Positions 1 to 12,559 of a stretch of 64,000 nt of DNA are shown here, piece by piece. Position 1 is the stretch's first letter. The number at the start of each line of letters is the position of its first letter. Source of the DNA: Raillietiella orientalis (taxonomy: Eukaryota); assembly GCA_036172245.1 (NCBI GenBank), contig JAYWIR010000044.1, forward strand, positions 310,001 to 374,000. Reading direction: 5' to 3'. Made by a program: the position numbers and the translations under genes. The notes under the pieces are model-generated. The model saw nothing but the letters and a program-made list of their open reading frames with translations, was not told where the DNA came from and did not search any database.

Positions 1-229
1 GCTTTCGGGGACTTAATTTCGAAGAAACGCGCTTCTTCGGACACGCCAGATGAGTTTGGATGGGGTAAACAAAACAAGACCAAAGATGGCTGACTATCGG
101 AGTCGGCCAGAGGTCTGACCGAACGCAGCAGCTGAAGAGTGGCAGTTGGACACCTAGCGTTGCGGTAGGCTTCCTCCTCAGTCGCTGAGTTTCAACCAGA
201 GCGACCCTCTGTCACGATTTCAAACATTT

Positions 230-1500
230 TTTTCTCCGCTCTAAAAACAGGAACAGATATAGATTTTCTTTTCATTGGAAAACAATTTGTAGACAGACAA
301 GGGACAGACTTACGTCACCATGCAGAACTCCCTTATCAGGAGACACAAAATAAAGCATTTCACCAGTCATGAACAAATGAAAAGTTTAGCAAGGATTCCA
401 TGATGGTAGGAATGACGTCATCATTTGAACGCCATAATACGTAATCACGCATGCATTCGCAATTCCCACCATGGTTCTTGAATGCAATGCCATTCCTGCA
501 TGTGTCCAATGCAGGTGAGCAGTAACGCAAGCGATACTTCCGGGAGAGAGTTCTCGCTGCCAAGCAACGGAACGCTAAGAGCACTTGGAGAACCCACCGC
601 GCCACAAACGCCAACGCAACGGATGGTTCTTTCGGTTTCCGAAACGAGAAAGCAAATCTGCACACGATGAGGGCATTCCTCCAGTCCTCATTCCCCCCTG
701 ACACATCCTTCTCGTGGTCATCCACGGGAAGGACGCGTCGTTCATGGTGTGCGTCCGTACTACACGTCGACACCGCGGTTGGCAACACCCCGCGGTTCCC
801 TCACGAAAGAGGATGCTTGCTGGTTGCAGCTGCAGAAACCAATAGCGGAGTCGAGGACCGCGGATCCGGTTGCTTTGTGTGCCCTGCGGCAGATTCGGTT
901 TCGATTTCAAACCTGAAAGGCACGCAAGACGGAATCGCAGGTCCACTCTTCTCCTTCCTCTTCTTCACCGGTGAAACCTGCGAGATGGTCTCAAGCACGA
1001 CCCAAACGCAATTATCCATCACGTGCATCATCATGCATCCATCCACCCATCAATTGAAAGCAAAAGTGCAAGTGGAGCAATTTATAACGCAATTCCTTGG
1101 TAATTTTGCACCTGATAAGATAAATTACATGCTTCTGGATAACAGCAGAGGCGCATCTTTGTAGGCAAACCTGGACATGCGCTAAGTCATAGATCTTCAC
1201 CGACGGTTTTCATTTCATGACGCAAGCTGCTGATTCGGGTGTCGACTTTCGGAGATGCTCCATCGGGAATAGCAATGGTCGTGCTGGAATTCCGTCCGGC
1301 ATGAAAGAGTGGCACCTGAGAAAAGTGGGTACCCCCGAGGAATCACAGAATCTTGAATCGCTGTTGACTGGCAGCGCCAGCTGATAATGCTCCATCCAAC
1401 TCAGCCGCGGTTCGGAAGCTGGCAAACGAGATTATCTGCAGGATTTCCTGCGCCTCGTGAGGACTGCAGCCTTGGAGTGATGGGATGAACTTGCGGTGTC
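230..1500 (-). mobile_element. Decayed Penelope-like element (RT relic)
   Basis: Frameshifted minus-strand motifs in PLE order: PRLRYWFLQLQP (~PRFYxLPKxHK), TAVSTCS (~RPIVS), GMALHSRTMVGIANA (~GxAMGSxxxPxxANI, ~455-497), VLWRSNDDVI (~WxRYVDDVF, ~410-440). Right boundary is a guess. Confidence 0.5.
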
Positions 1501-1749
1501 TCCACTCCTCTCGAAATCGTAGGCACTGCTTACCACGGATGGTCGTCATCACCTGGAGGACATCACAGGTGCCAATGATGTGACCGTCTAACCAGACAAA
1601 TGCAAGATGGACATGATGAAGGGCAAGGGTGAAGTGCCAGAGATCCTGGAGACATCAAGATGAGTCACGAAACTGCATCACGAAAGGCACGTGCGTTCCA
1701 CATTTATTTGCGCAGCCACCGTCTTTTTCTTTGAAAAAAAATTTTTTCC

Positions 1750-3450
1750 CCCAATGTACGCATCTGAAATCGCAGCATTCTCAAAGTGCATGATAGGAGC
1801 CCACATTAATAACTACTAGAATTATTGATACATCATCGCTGCCTTTGTTTAGAGAATCTGCTCGTTGTGCACACAAATATTTCATGAATAAGAAATACTT
1901 TCCGAACACCTGAGATTTCAAAAATGAGTTCTAAACATTACCAGGAGTCTCATGTTTTCGAGTTTTGTACCAAAAATCGGAGAGTACCATCGAGCACACG
2001 TACCGACTTCATTTCAAAAACTGCTTCTTGATGCCTCATGGGTAAATGCTACAAAAAAAAAAAAAAAAAAGGTCACAGCGCAATCATGATGATTTTTGAT
2101 ATTTCCCACAGCAGTTGGCATCACTGCGAATCAAAAATTACTTCAAACCATCCTCCCAATACTTCAGTGGCACCTCTACACTTTGAAGTACCACGTTGAG
2201 TATCAGATCATGAATTACCGGCTTTTCCATACCTCCGAGCACAGATTGGTTCCCCATAAGGATGATCCACACAGTCTTTCATCTCTCTTCTCAGACCTCC
2301 CTTCTGCTGCATCTCCGATTCTCACGCTTCAACTTGAAAATTTTTGGTCCTGCCCGGTTGGTTCTGCAGAAAGGCTCATCATGAAAGATTGTGACCTCAG
2401 AGTCCATACCTCGGAATGAGAAAAAGCCTCAACGCCATTTCGTGCTTCTATACGAACTATCGCACACCAAGAAGAATCTTTAGAAGAATTCGATGGTGAG
2501 GCAGCTTCAAGAGATGCAAATTCTGAAAGGCGGTGACCATGCACCCTTACAAGAGATTTCAAACTGAAGCTTCTAAAGTATACATACATCTTAGGGACAT
2601 CGGAAAATGCACTTGGGCTACCAGTTCCAAAAACAAGCGCGTGCGATCATCATGAATGGCCAACCGACTTTTTAGTAGGTGTACAGCCGAAGCGTGTATC
2701 ATGAATGACTGCTCACTTGACTAAAACAACAGATGCACTTGACCTACAAGTACGTTAGTCTTAAAAGGATTACCACTCCATAAAGCATTCGAGAATGAAT
2801 TCTGCTACCTTCAAACACTGCTGTTTACCACGCCTCTCTGCGCGGTACTCTCTGTGCTAAAGAGTACTTTCGGAAGTCAGAATTGCCAAGTGCAATCATG
2901 CGCTCGACTTTCTCATTTCTGTGAGACGACCCTCAAGACCTACTCTTGGTCCTCGACTGCTTCGATGTCCGACAGGTAGCTCTCCGAAGAAGCCCGAAGG
3001 GAATCTCGGAGATGCACGAAGCCTCGCTTCCGGAGATTTCAAGGTTTTCCCTTGAAGAAAACTGAAAACTGCTTTTTGAAGCTTTCTTTCCTTTCCTCTT
3101 TTTCTGTCGTGCTGTGAACAAGTCGTTCGGCCAGATCAGTTCGCGCAGGAGGAGAAATCTCCGCAGGGCAGTTCAAACAAACTGACCATATGGTGGCTCC
3201 CCTTTAAGACTCTTAACATCAAGTTGATTGAGATTCCGGTTAGCTGATCCAGGAACGTGATGCTTCAAGTCGAATTCGTGAACACGCGATTCTGATATTA
3301 AAGGAGAGCATGATTGATGACTAACTCTTTGAAATAAAGCAAATACCACCAGAGAAGTCACGAACCCGAATCCTTTACTGAAACACAAGGCAATCACGCC
3401 GCCTACGAAGTGGGCTTGCCGGATGCCCACAAGGCTCAAAGGGAAATGTT
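1750..3450 (-). mobile_element. Decayed Penelope-like element (N-term, RT, probable GIY-YIG)
   Basis: SKGFGFVTS (~LSKGLNFxPT, ~3355-3385); LPKV..VP-RGVVNS (~LPKVHK..PLRPIV, ~2820-2878); FRCP*DVCIL (~RYVDDIF, ~2575-2605); IEARNGVEAF..EVWTLR..SL-EPT (~ExNGxLxFLD..YRKPT); NLCSE; AVFEMK..C (~GIY-YIG, ~1960-2030). Confidence 0.6.
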
Positions 3451-3999
3451 GCTACTTTATATTTAAGCAAAAACAAAAAGCAAAAGGATGCTCCTCAGGA
3501 AACCAGCAAATTTAATGTGAAAACGAAAGATCGGATTCAGTGCCGGCGCTTCCGAGGTCCATAGCACGGCAAAATGCTCGGCCATTCTCTCGTCTCACCT
3601 CAAAAGTGGTGCGTTCGTTTCGTGCCTCCATGGGAAGCAGCGGATCGGGGGACCCTGAAAATCATCACTCAAGAAGGGTCTCCACCGTGGCAATTCACTG
3701 CTCCGTCAAGGCAATGAGCTGCCTTTGATTGAACGGCGCATGTGCCTTCATGAGCTGCAAGACGAAAAAGAACGAAAAAGACATACGACGACCTTCGAAG
3801 GCAATTGCACTCTGAACGGGGGGGAGGAGGAAAGAGCACACGCACACGGCCCAGCGATTTTCCTGGCAGAATTTCAAATTGGCGGGACCAAATCGTGTCA
3901 GTGAGAAGAGTTTCGTGTCACACACGGTAACCGTCCAAGGAAAGTCAGGTTCGAAAGAACATGGAAGGACTTCGCTGGAGCCGTAGTGATTCTGCGACG

Positions 4000-4215
4000 G
4001 CAGCTACAGCTCCCTTCTTGCAGAAATCTGCTTGCGTCTACATAGCTTGCGGGCTGATCTGATGTGGAAGCGAGGCGAGAGAGATTTCTCAGCTTTCAAC
4101 TGTTCCAGATGCTGCAGTTCCTCGGCAGCAAAGTTGCTGGTAGCCCGAGAGACCTGTGGTAGGGAACGACGGCTTGGTGGAGCCAAGAAGACTTTCCCGG
4201 TCGCTGGGGAAACGG
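4000..4215 (+). mobile_element. Short L1/Tx1-like ORF2 fragment
   Basis: LRADLMWKRG and LFQML, plus the nucleotide stretch ggagccaagaa, match the post-RT part of the copy at 21130-21690. Confidence 0.35.
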
Positions 4216-4419
4216 TGTTTGTGGTGGATCCAGCACAAGGTCACTCCAGACACTGCTCGATGCACGTATGCATATGCATGCACGCGATCTTTTTAATCCA
4301 GATATTGCATCATGTATGGCGCAATGGCCTGGAGCTGCTTTTCGATGATTATGGCATCTGCAACGACGGCTGAAAAAGATGCACCTTCATTAGTATTCCA
4401 TGCACATGAAATGTAAATA

Positions 4420-5047
4420 CAGTACCACGGGCGATACGTTCCGCGTTATACGAACCCTGGGTGTTACACATAGGCAGTGTGATGATCACCACTTTGCGTG
4501 GATGAAAGTGGGCAAACACAGGAGCACTGAGCATCAACCGTGGCAGCAGGTGGCACGTTTCTCTTTGAAGCAAGAATGGAAAAATAAATAAGGAAATTAA
4601 AGGCGTTTATTCATAGCCACGGAATTTCGTTGTTGTTCAGTCAACTCGCACGGGTCCATGGATTCATCTCTAGCGTTCTGGCTGCCGAGAAGTGCATCTT
4701 CTCGCTCTGCTGCACCGACAGAAATGTAAAAATGAGACGGAGAGATTGCGTCTCGACGGCAACTGCGCGGACACTTTGGGCCGCGGACGCGAATTTTTTT
4801 CTCGTTGTTCCACGGGGTCGTACGGGGTTGATTTACTTTGGACTCCAACGCGGACGGACTACGTCCGCAGGGCAAGCGAACTGGAAAGGACCGCCTTCCA
4901 CCCAAACCCGTGACATGCAGGGCGACCTCAAGCCCTTCCTCGCGGCGTGAAACCAGCGGTCCCGGGAAATGGGACCATTTTTTTCTTTTTCTTTTTTTTT
5001 TTGCAGCTGCGATATACGAATCCTCGGTTTATACGGCGGTTTCCGTT
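4420..5047 (+). mobile_element. pogo/Tigger-like non-autonomous DNA transposon end (family B, copy 1)
   Basis: Clear nucleotide similarity to 23919-24491 and the reverse complement of 51937-52375; internal CCGCGTTATACGA motif and a degenerate terminal gcgatatacgaatcc...tatacgg. Confidence 0.6.
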
Positions 5048-5499
5048 TTCGGTATTCAGGTGTCCCTCTTGGCGGGAAAGGCCGCAGCAGCACCTGACCA
5101 GAAACAACAGATGATGATCCGCCCCTTTCTCGGCTTCCGGTGTTAAGATGAGACGGGATTGCGCTTTATGCTTCAGGAACAGTCGTGGGCTGGCAAACGA
5201 GGAGTCCCGGCTTCCAAGAGTGCCATTCAGCAGGCGTGCCTATGAGGGACATAATCGATTCGCGGCCTCCGTAGAAAGGAAGGAAAGAGCGCTTTGGGAC
5301 GCTCGGGAAATTAATTTACTCAGGAGGTACCAGAGAGAAGAAGGAAGAGAAACGAAGTAGGCGCGATGACGTCATCGTTTACCAAACAGAACCGCTCGAG
5401 CAAAGCGATACAAACGAAAGGAAGGGACGAAACCGAGGTCCTTCTCATTTACGAAGAGAATCCTTCTAGTCATTCCTTTGTTTCACACGGAATTGGAGT

Positions 5500-6650
5500 C
5501 AGCAGTACAAAGATTTCAAGAGAGCATTACTGAGCAGCATAGCAAATGAGAGGCAAACAAATAGCGTTTCAGAAGACGTTAATGAATAGAGTACAAAAGG
5601 AGATAGAAGATTTGTATGGAGCTAAAGTGCAGATGGCTTTTTTTATGGTTGATGAAACTGACGCCTTGCACTGGCTGCTACTCTTTGTATACCTTTCTGA
5701 CAAAGACGGTCACGGCAGTGCCGAGCTATTCAGAGCACACTCTTAACGGCCGAATTCGAAACACACTTTTCAAAGTGCTGCAGCTGCTTACTGCCGGATC
5801 TGCAGAGCACAGAGCCCTTCTTCCCTGCCCTGGAAATCGTGGATTCGACGCATCGGCCGGAGATCTTAACGCAGGGATGGAGAAACCGGAGGACGTTGGG
5901 GCTCTTAGACTTCGTGCAACTCGAAGCTCGCCCGCAGATCCGGTGAAATCCACCACGAGCTGACCAACTTGACCTTTTCAGTCATCGTGGGGCCGTAACA
6001 GCGGGCGGTACGCCCGCTGTAAACGGAGCAAGTGAGACTGAAGACAACGGGCCCGCCTGAAGAACTTGATTGGAGTCGTTGCCCTCTCAAAACATTTCGG
6101 CTCCCTCCGACTGAAGCCGCTGCCCATTTTCACTAGGAAGGCTCGCTGAGCAGAAAAGACATCCAGGAAGAAGGCAACGGGGAAGCAGCCACGCAGGCAT
6201 TGAAGGGTTCAGGACGTCGAAACTTTGCGAAGGCCACGAGCTGCTTGGAGATGAGCTTTGTCTTCCAGTTTCTCTTCACAGTGGACACGCGGAAAAATCA
6301 AGCGCCGAAGCTCAGTGGGTCCCCAAAAGGTTCGGTCAAAGAAAGGTTGAATTAGTTAAGCGGAATTCTCAGCAAAAATCGGCATCCATGTAAATGGACC
6401 ATCTAACGGCTTGTGCATCGGCTCTTGCACGCGTCCTCTAATGCGCTGAGACCAGACCATCCTGAAGACAAGGGGAGAGACGTGGATGTGAGGTGGTTTT
6501 TCGCTTCCTCTCTCACTGCTTTGCCGTTTTCTTTTCTTTCCTTAGCAAAATACAATCAAGTAAAGTACAATGTACTTACCAGAAAAGAAATCGAAGGGCA
6601 AATTTCGAAACGATCGTTGCTGCCATCTTGAAGACTTTTGATTATTCCAT
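5500..6650 (+). mobile_element. Decayed Penelope-like element (RT relic)
   Basis: DLYGAKVQ (~LYGLPKVHK, ~5608-5632), RIRNT, GFDASA (~SFDV), QFLFTVDTRKN (~IxFTxExEN, ~6265-6297). Confidence 0.45.
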
Positions 6651-6857
6651 TGTATTGAACATGCACGCATTAAATCACACATGCCCACAATCTAATTTTT
6701 AACCGAATTGGATCGTGTGCATGTTAGTAAGGAGTTAATTGCAGATTTCCATGCGCAACACGGAAATTCCAATTGATTCGCCATTACTGAATCAAACTGT
6801 TTAAGGTGCTCCTGGCTAGGATGGTTTAATCACACAAAAAATAATGATCTCAAGAGA

Positions 6858-7537
6858 GGACCGCGTCGGAGACCGTGAGGTTACGGTGGTCTCCGTGTGG
6901 CACCACCAAGCGTCGTGGGTTCGAATACTCCGAAAGGAATCGACGCAGTGCGTCGTGGGTCCCGAGTTCACCCCACAAGACGACGCTGGTCGGCTTACAT
7001 TTATCCAGGTGCGGCACTGATAGCGGTTGCAACCGGACACCCCCGATGAGGGCAACGACAAATGGGAGTAGACCTCCGGGTCCTCCCAGGAATCACGGAG
7101 TGGGAACTTTCTCCGGTTGTGAAGGAGCGAACCCCCCATTCCGGGGCGACCCTCCAAGTCGTACTGATGGAGAAGGTGTGTCGCCACCACCTCTCCAGAG
7201 AGTGCAGAGAAGCGAGCCGATCCCTTCGGGGAAGCTGCGCCCTTCTGAATTTGGGAAGCGTCCCCTCGAAGTTCTCTTCAGAGGAGTAAAAACAGGAGCG
7301 GATCCCTCGCAGGGGCTGCCCCCGGAGAAGAAATTCCAGGATCGGATCCTTTCCGGGTTACCTTCAGAGAAGAAAGAATGGAGAGGCCCCCCCGGGGGTC
7401 CTCCGAAGGGAACAAGGAAGGAAAATCCCTTCTGGATTCTTCTACGGAGACAACCTAGGTGGAGGTGATCTCCATTTCCGGGGATCTCCTCCCCAGGTGT
7501 GAGAGGAACGGACTCCGAGTCCTTCCTGGATTCATAT
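6858..7537 (+). mobile_element. Family A: tRNA-headed, hairpin-rich repeat (copy 1)
   Basis: Head of ~74 nt from ggaccgcgtcgg to box B-like gtgggttcgaatactcc (6916-6931); hairpin body including tccc-TTCG-ggga (7221-7232); ends gaggaacggactcc...ccttcctggattcata; aligns by eye with six other loci. Confidence 0.8.
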
Positions 7538-8049
7538 GCTTTGCTCCACAAGTACCACACCACCATTGGAATATCCGTGAAATAAACGTACGATGCTCTG
7601 TGATATGGTACTAGAAATGAAAGTGCATTGGCAGGGTCACACCACTCCATGAACCCGTGCTTTGCCGTGACTTGAGCTTTGCAGTCCGTGGCGCCTCACA
7701 GCACGCAACAGCGGGCGTGAGGTCACTGTCAGCCGGCGAGACGAGGTCTCCAATCAAGAGTCGCATCGAACTTCAAAACTTTCCGGTGAATGGCTCGCGG
7801 GATGCGGTGGGAATAAAAGGGAGCGTTCGAGGGAAGACGGACCTCGCCAGGGTTCATTCCTCTATCTTCCTGTTCCGGATGGCAGCTCTTGATTTCTCCG
7901 GAAGAGCTTCCCAGCAGCCAAAATGGTTTCCGAACACGAACGGCAAAGCTGCTGCTTTAGCTCCATTTTCAGATGAGCAGCCGTTAATTCATCGCTTTTT
8001 CAAGATCTCGCGGGCATGTGAGCATTCTGAAAGACACCCGTAGAGTTTC

Positions 8050-9940
8050 CAGCGAACTCGGGAACTCTGACCCGTTCGGGATAGAATCCATGTATGAAAA
8101 CTTTAATGATCTGGTAGATTAAAGTCCCAAGAATGGAGCATCCGCAGAAGGGCGAATGATTCCCACTTCCTGGCTCTGAGGAAATTCAAAGTCCTTTCCT
8201 CTGCAGACTTTATCTCTGTGTCGAGACAGCCTCGGCGAACTGACCAGCATCCCAAGAAGTCGGAGGATGAATAAATCCATCCTGGTGAATGTCAAGGTGA
8301 TCGGCCACCCTCGTGAACAGATCTGTTCGATGAACCCGTGCCGGCGCGATGCATCAAGCAAACTCCGCATCTTCCTCTCCCTTCACGAGATGAGAACTTT
8401 TATCAAATCCGGGAGCTTTCGTTTGGCTTCCTCGGGGGATCGAAATTCGAATTCACGTCAGCGCTGTTGCTACAAACGGAGAATTGATGGCGTCATCCTC
8501 AATGGGCTGTTCCTTTCTCTATTGGCTGATTCGCATCGTCAAAGATACACACTCAGGAGGTATTTTCATTCAAGAAGCACAGCGCATCCCCTAGCAACGT
8601 ACAAGAACAGTGTCGGTCTCCTTGCTTTTTCAATACGTTTCCCAGATTTGTGATGGATTGCTCAGAAAATCAGTGCACGGCAGCTTTATGATCCTCAAGA
8701 GCAAAGAGGAAAAGAGCACGCGGACTGCAAAGCAGAGAGAACTTGCTATACGTGGAGGTCGAGTTTAAGATGATCAGCACACAAGCAGATGCTCAAACGT
8801 TCAGAAGATGAAAGAACATACTCGCAGTCGATGCTTTCTTCGTAGAACTCACTCACCATTTCATGTAAATGAAAGAACTCGATAGAAAATAAGGAAATTG
8901 TGCACATCACAACATGGTGTATTGAGAGTCATCGTTTCAGGCTGAAACGATGTCCTCCTCACCATCTGGGGATCTTTCTCTGTTGATGGTACTTGTAATC
9001 ACCTGTGACGCACAAGAGACCACGTTCTGTTCCTGATTATTTAGAGGAGAACTTTGAGTTGTTGGGATCTGAATAATTAGCGCTTCATCTTTCCTTTCAT
9101 TCCTGTAGACTTGTCCAGGAACAGGAGGTCACTCGAAGATTTCGGGGATCCCATTCCAGAGTTTGCGGTGGTCATCTCCCGCAGTAAGATAAAAAATGTG
9201 AGTCCTAATCCCTGTTTTATCCAATGATTCGTTTGGATTTTCTGAAGCTCGTGTCTGATGCTCCCCCGAGGAATTCACTTTCTGGTCCGATAGCTGGAGC
9301 CACTGGTCACCCCTGGTCCAACCTTTCCTTGTTTTCGAACGTAAGAAGGCGCCCTTCGCTTTCACAAACTGACTGTGGAAGATGCCTCCTGAGCATCTGC
9401 ATGCTCTGATAACACTCTGCGACTATGTAAATGGAGTTTCAGAATGTTATGAGATTGGTTCGATTGAGGTGGACGTGAGGATGGATGAATAGCTCGAATG
9501 GGAAACACGACAGCGGTGAAATGAAGCCATTTGTGGACTGAAAGAAAACACCTTTAGGGAAGCTGTGCGTTGGAAAATCAGGAGAAATCTTTTATACACT
9601 TGTCCCTTGCATCCTGGTCATTGCAAGTCACAGAGTGTTCGTTTTTCAATCTGCCGGTTTACTTTGAACGCACCCACGTTGATTCCAATGGAGCTCTGGT
9701 GCTCTGCGATGGTTTCCCTGTACTCTCAGTTTTGCACAAAGGTTGTCTCTGGAAGAGTGCGTGCTGTCCGTTCTCCTCAGGATGCAAAGGTGATTCACCT
9801 AGCAAGCGCATTTGGAAACCCAAGATGTGTTTCCCGTGAGCTCTCTGACTACGCTGGGTGTTAACTCACATCTCTGCCCTCTTCGCCGTGCTTTCTTTCT
9901 GTGAGAGGTCTTCAAGTTCCTTAAACATCTTGTCGTTCTT
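8050..9940 (+). mobile_element. Decayed Penelope-like element (near full-length relic)
   Basis: LKSQEWSI-QKG-F (~LxxxExxxLxKGxxF, ~8120-8165), GVILN, RQLYDP, TTF..FRGEL (~TYFxFxGE), RLDFLKLV (~LPFLDV), GRCLLSIC, then NLLY-VPC..HC..QSAGLL (~GIY-YIG, ~9585-9670). Confidence 0.6.
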
Positions 9941-10029
9941 CGGTATCCCAGTACCCCTACCAACAGGAGTGACGTTTATTATTTCGGTTTCTTCTTTTTC
10001 TTCGCCGTGCTTGAGTACTGTGGCTTAGT

Positions 10030-11360
10030 TCTCGCTCAGAGGCACCAAACCCTCTTGGAGGTGGACAATCGTCCCCAAGGACTGGTTGGACTGAGGTCAC
10101 CGCCATCTCCTGCTTGACCTTGCCTTCTGGTCCGACGAGACCGAGTTGTTTTGCATTGCTTTCCCGAGACCGCGGCGACTGGGTTGACCTTGAAGAACTC
10201 TTCCCACACCTCTTTAGCATTCCATCCACGCCGCCTTCCCGGGCAGCATATTCAAACGAGTTGCCTGTCCGAAGCGGTCTGGTATGCAAAAAATGACTGG
10301 GTGTCTGCTGTTGCTGACGAAAGCAGGACACGGTTTGCCCCCGAACTGAGTGCATTTCTATGGAGGAGTGCCGTGTGCACCAGGGCTCGCGTACTCCAGA
10401 GCGGCAGATGTGCGTCCCACATGTTTAACAGAGATGACCAGATCTCCGATTCCAACGTCCGGTGTGCTGCCCTCGAACGTCCATCACCTTGGTCGAGGAG
10501 AACACTTGGATCTCCTGTCTCCTTGCGAACTGCACCTCCTGGCTGCAGGAGTCAGTTTCCTCATAGGGAAATATCCATGGTTCGAGAGGAGTGGAGTTCG
10601 CCTGCCTGCGGCAGTCGCTTCGGGATATCGTGACCAACCCGCAAGATGCTGTGGGCTTCGTTCACCTCCCTGGCACCTGCCTTCCCTACTAGAAGCAAGG
10701 GAAAACGACCTTCTGGCAAGGAGGGAGGTGTCATGCTGCATTGCAGCAACGAAGGAAATTCTGGAAGCGCGGACTGCTCGGCAACTGACGGACGCCGCGA
10801 TGCCGGGTCCCACCCAAGGGACTTCTCCGATGGGGAGAGCCGCTGGGGATTCCTCGAGAATCCCTGATGTGCCCCCCAATGTTTGCAAGACAACCGCACC
10901 CTCCCTCTGGAGTGACAGGCATCGGCATTGCTGCTGCTGCATTGGAAGACCCTCACGCACCTGCTCCTTGACTGTGGTGCCCTCCGGCCCTTGTAAGAAA
11001 GTTTTGCAATGGCTCTCCAGATTCCCGAGAGCAATCCCAGAGACGCTATCAAGTGCCTCTTCGTGAGTGAAGCACTGCCACGGGCCACGTGCGCAGCAAC
11101 TGCGCTCTGCATGCGAGGCGCAGTGGTGGCATGGAACTCTACAAGAGGCCAACAAGACACAGGCGCCATCCATTGGTCGGAACTCTTATTGAGGATCGCC
11201 GCGAGATGGCACCGCCTGGCAAATGACAAACGTCAACTTGTCCCCGGATCGGACCCCGAGTGGCAAGTGGGGGAATGAAATTTATTTGTTTGGTAGAACC
11301 CAGTGTTCTAACAAGAATTCAAGTTCATTATTTTTATAATAAATGCCCTGGAAGCTCCGG
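10030..11360 (+). mobile_element. L1/Tx1-clade ORF2 C-terminal fragment with internal deletion
   Basis: LLLLHW joined directly to TLTHLLLDC (CxxC half of the zinc finger missing), CLFVSEALP, LRIAARWHRL; 3' aataaatgccctgg. Homologous to 35768-37150. Confidence 0.75.
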
Positions 11361-11399
11361 GTGAGAGCCGAGCCGTGAGAGGGCGGCGCGCTTCCGCTG

Positions 11400-12330
11400 T
11401 TAGCCATTCGAAGTTTCAGCGCCTCGCTGTGAAAATGCAGGCCACGGGCGCGGCGAAGGAACCGAAGAAGATTGATTCCGCTGTCTGAAGCAACGAAATC
11501 CTTTCAAATTCGCAATGTTTGCAGATGGGATCGGACGGGCGGCAGGCACACGGAAGCGCGGAAGACGCTCTGTGGTTTTAAGAGGAATGCTGCTGCTGGG
11601 ATTTGTTTCCGTTGCACAACACGGGATGGAATTCTCAAACCAAACATCTGCTTCTGCGATGTGAATATGCAAAGCTTTACGGTCACTTCGAGTCTTGGAT
11701 CGCGTCCCTTTGAAGCTCCTAGGTGAGTGACCCCTTTGAGGAATCGGGGAATTCTCACCGTATGCATCAACTCCTCCATAAAGATTTGGATGACCTACCC
11801 TATCCTGCTGATCTCTGCAGCAGCTTTGCAAAACAGAGGAACTCTCAGCTCCTGTTGACTGAACTGCTGGATATTCCTAAGACCTTGTTTAGGGGGCGCT
11901 TCCTCAGTCGAAGCACCTATGTCTCCTTCAAATGTATATATATATATATATATCTTACGATGTTGGCCCCCCCCTTGATACCGTATTAACTGTGTGCTCC
12001 GACTAAGTGATGTTCCTTCAAGAAAATCATCAAAGAAACGGTAGAAGGATGAGCATCCCATCGTGTCCTTATCGATAGATGCATGAGGCATGCCTCAACG
12101 CCGGGAAACGGAACCTGCTTCAACTGGTTCAGTCATTTCTTCTTAATGTAATCCCTATGCAGAGAAACCATGATGTGCATAAACTCCTGCATCCCATACC
12201 GGGAGGAATTCCCAATGATTATTGACATTTCTATTCGCCCATGAGTTGCAAGTGAACAACTGAGCCCCTATGGCTTTCGCAGTTTTAGGCCGTGCCCGCT
12301 GAAGCATCTGATTTCATCACCGAAACAAAC
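11400..12330 (-). mobile_element. Decayed Penelope-like element (RT relic)
   Basis: HPNLYG...ENSPIP (~PxLYGLPKxHK..P, ~11740-11792) and RVPAARPIPSANIANL (~GVPMGSPISPxIANL, ~11505-11552). Confidence 0.5.
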
Positions 12331-12559
12331 ATGATAATCACCGATAACCGGATACCAAATGATGTAGGGCTGAAGAGAACGACATCTAATGTCATCCATC
12401 CAGCAGGATCAGTCTGAAGTGCATTCGCGTACTCATCCTATGCTTCATTGACTGCACGGGATGAGTTTCTTCGCTTCTCGACCTCTTTCTTGACTAAGAT
12501 CAAAGTGGAAGGACGTCACTGGAAGATGAGAACGAAGACAGGTTTCTCGGTGACATGAG

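Noticed and set aside
300..2600. Spliced host gene on the minus strand
   Set aside because: Candidate exons did not join in frame; PLE motifs explain the region better.
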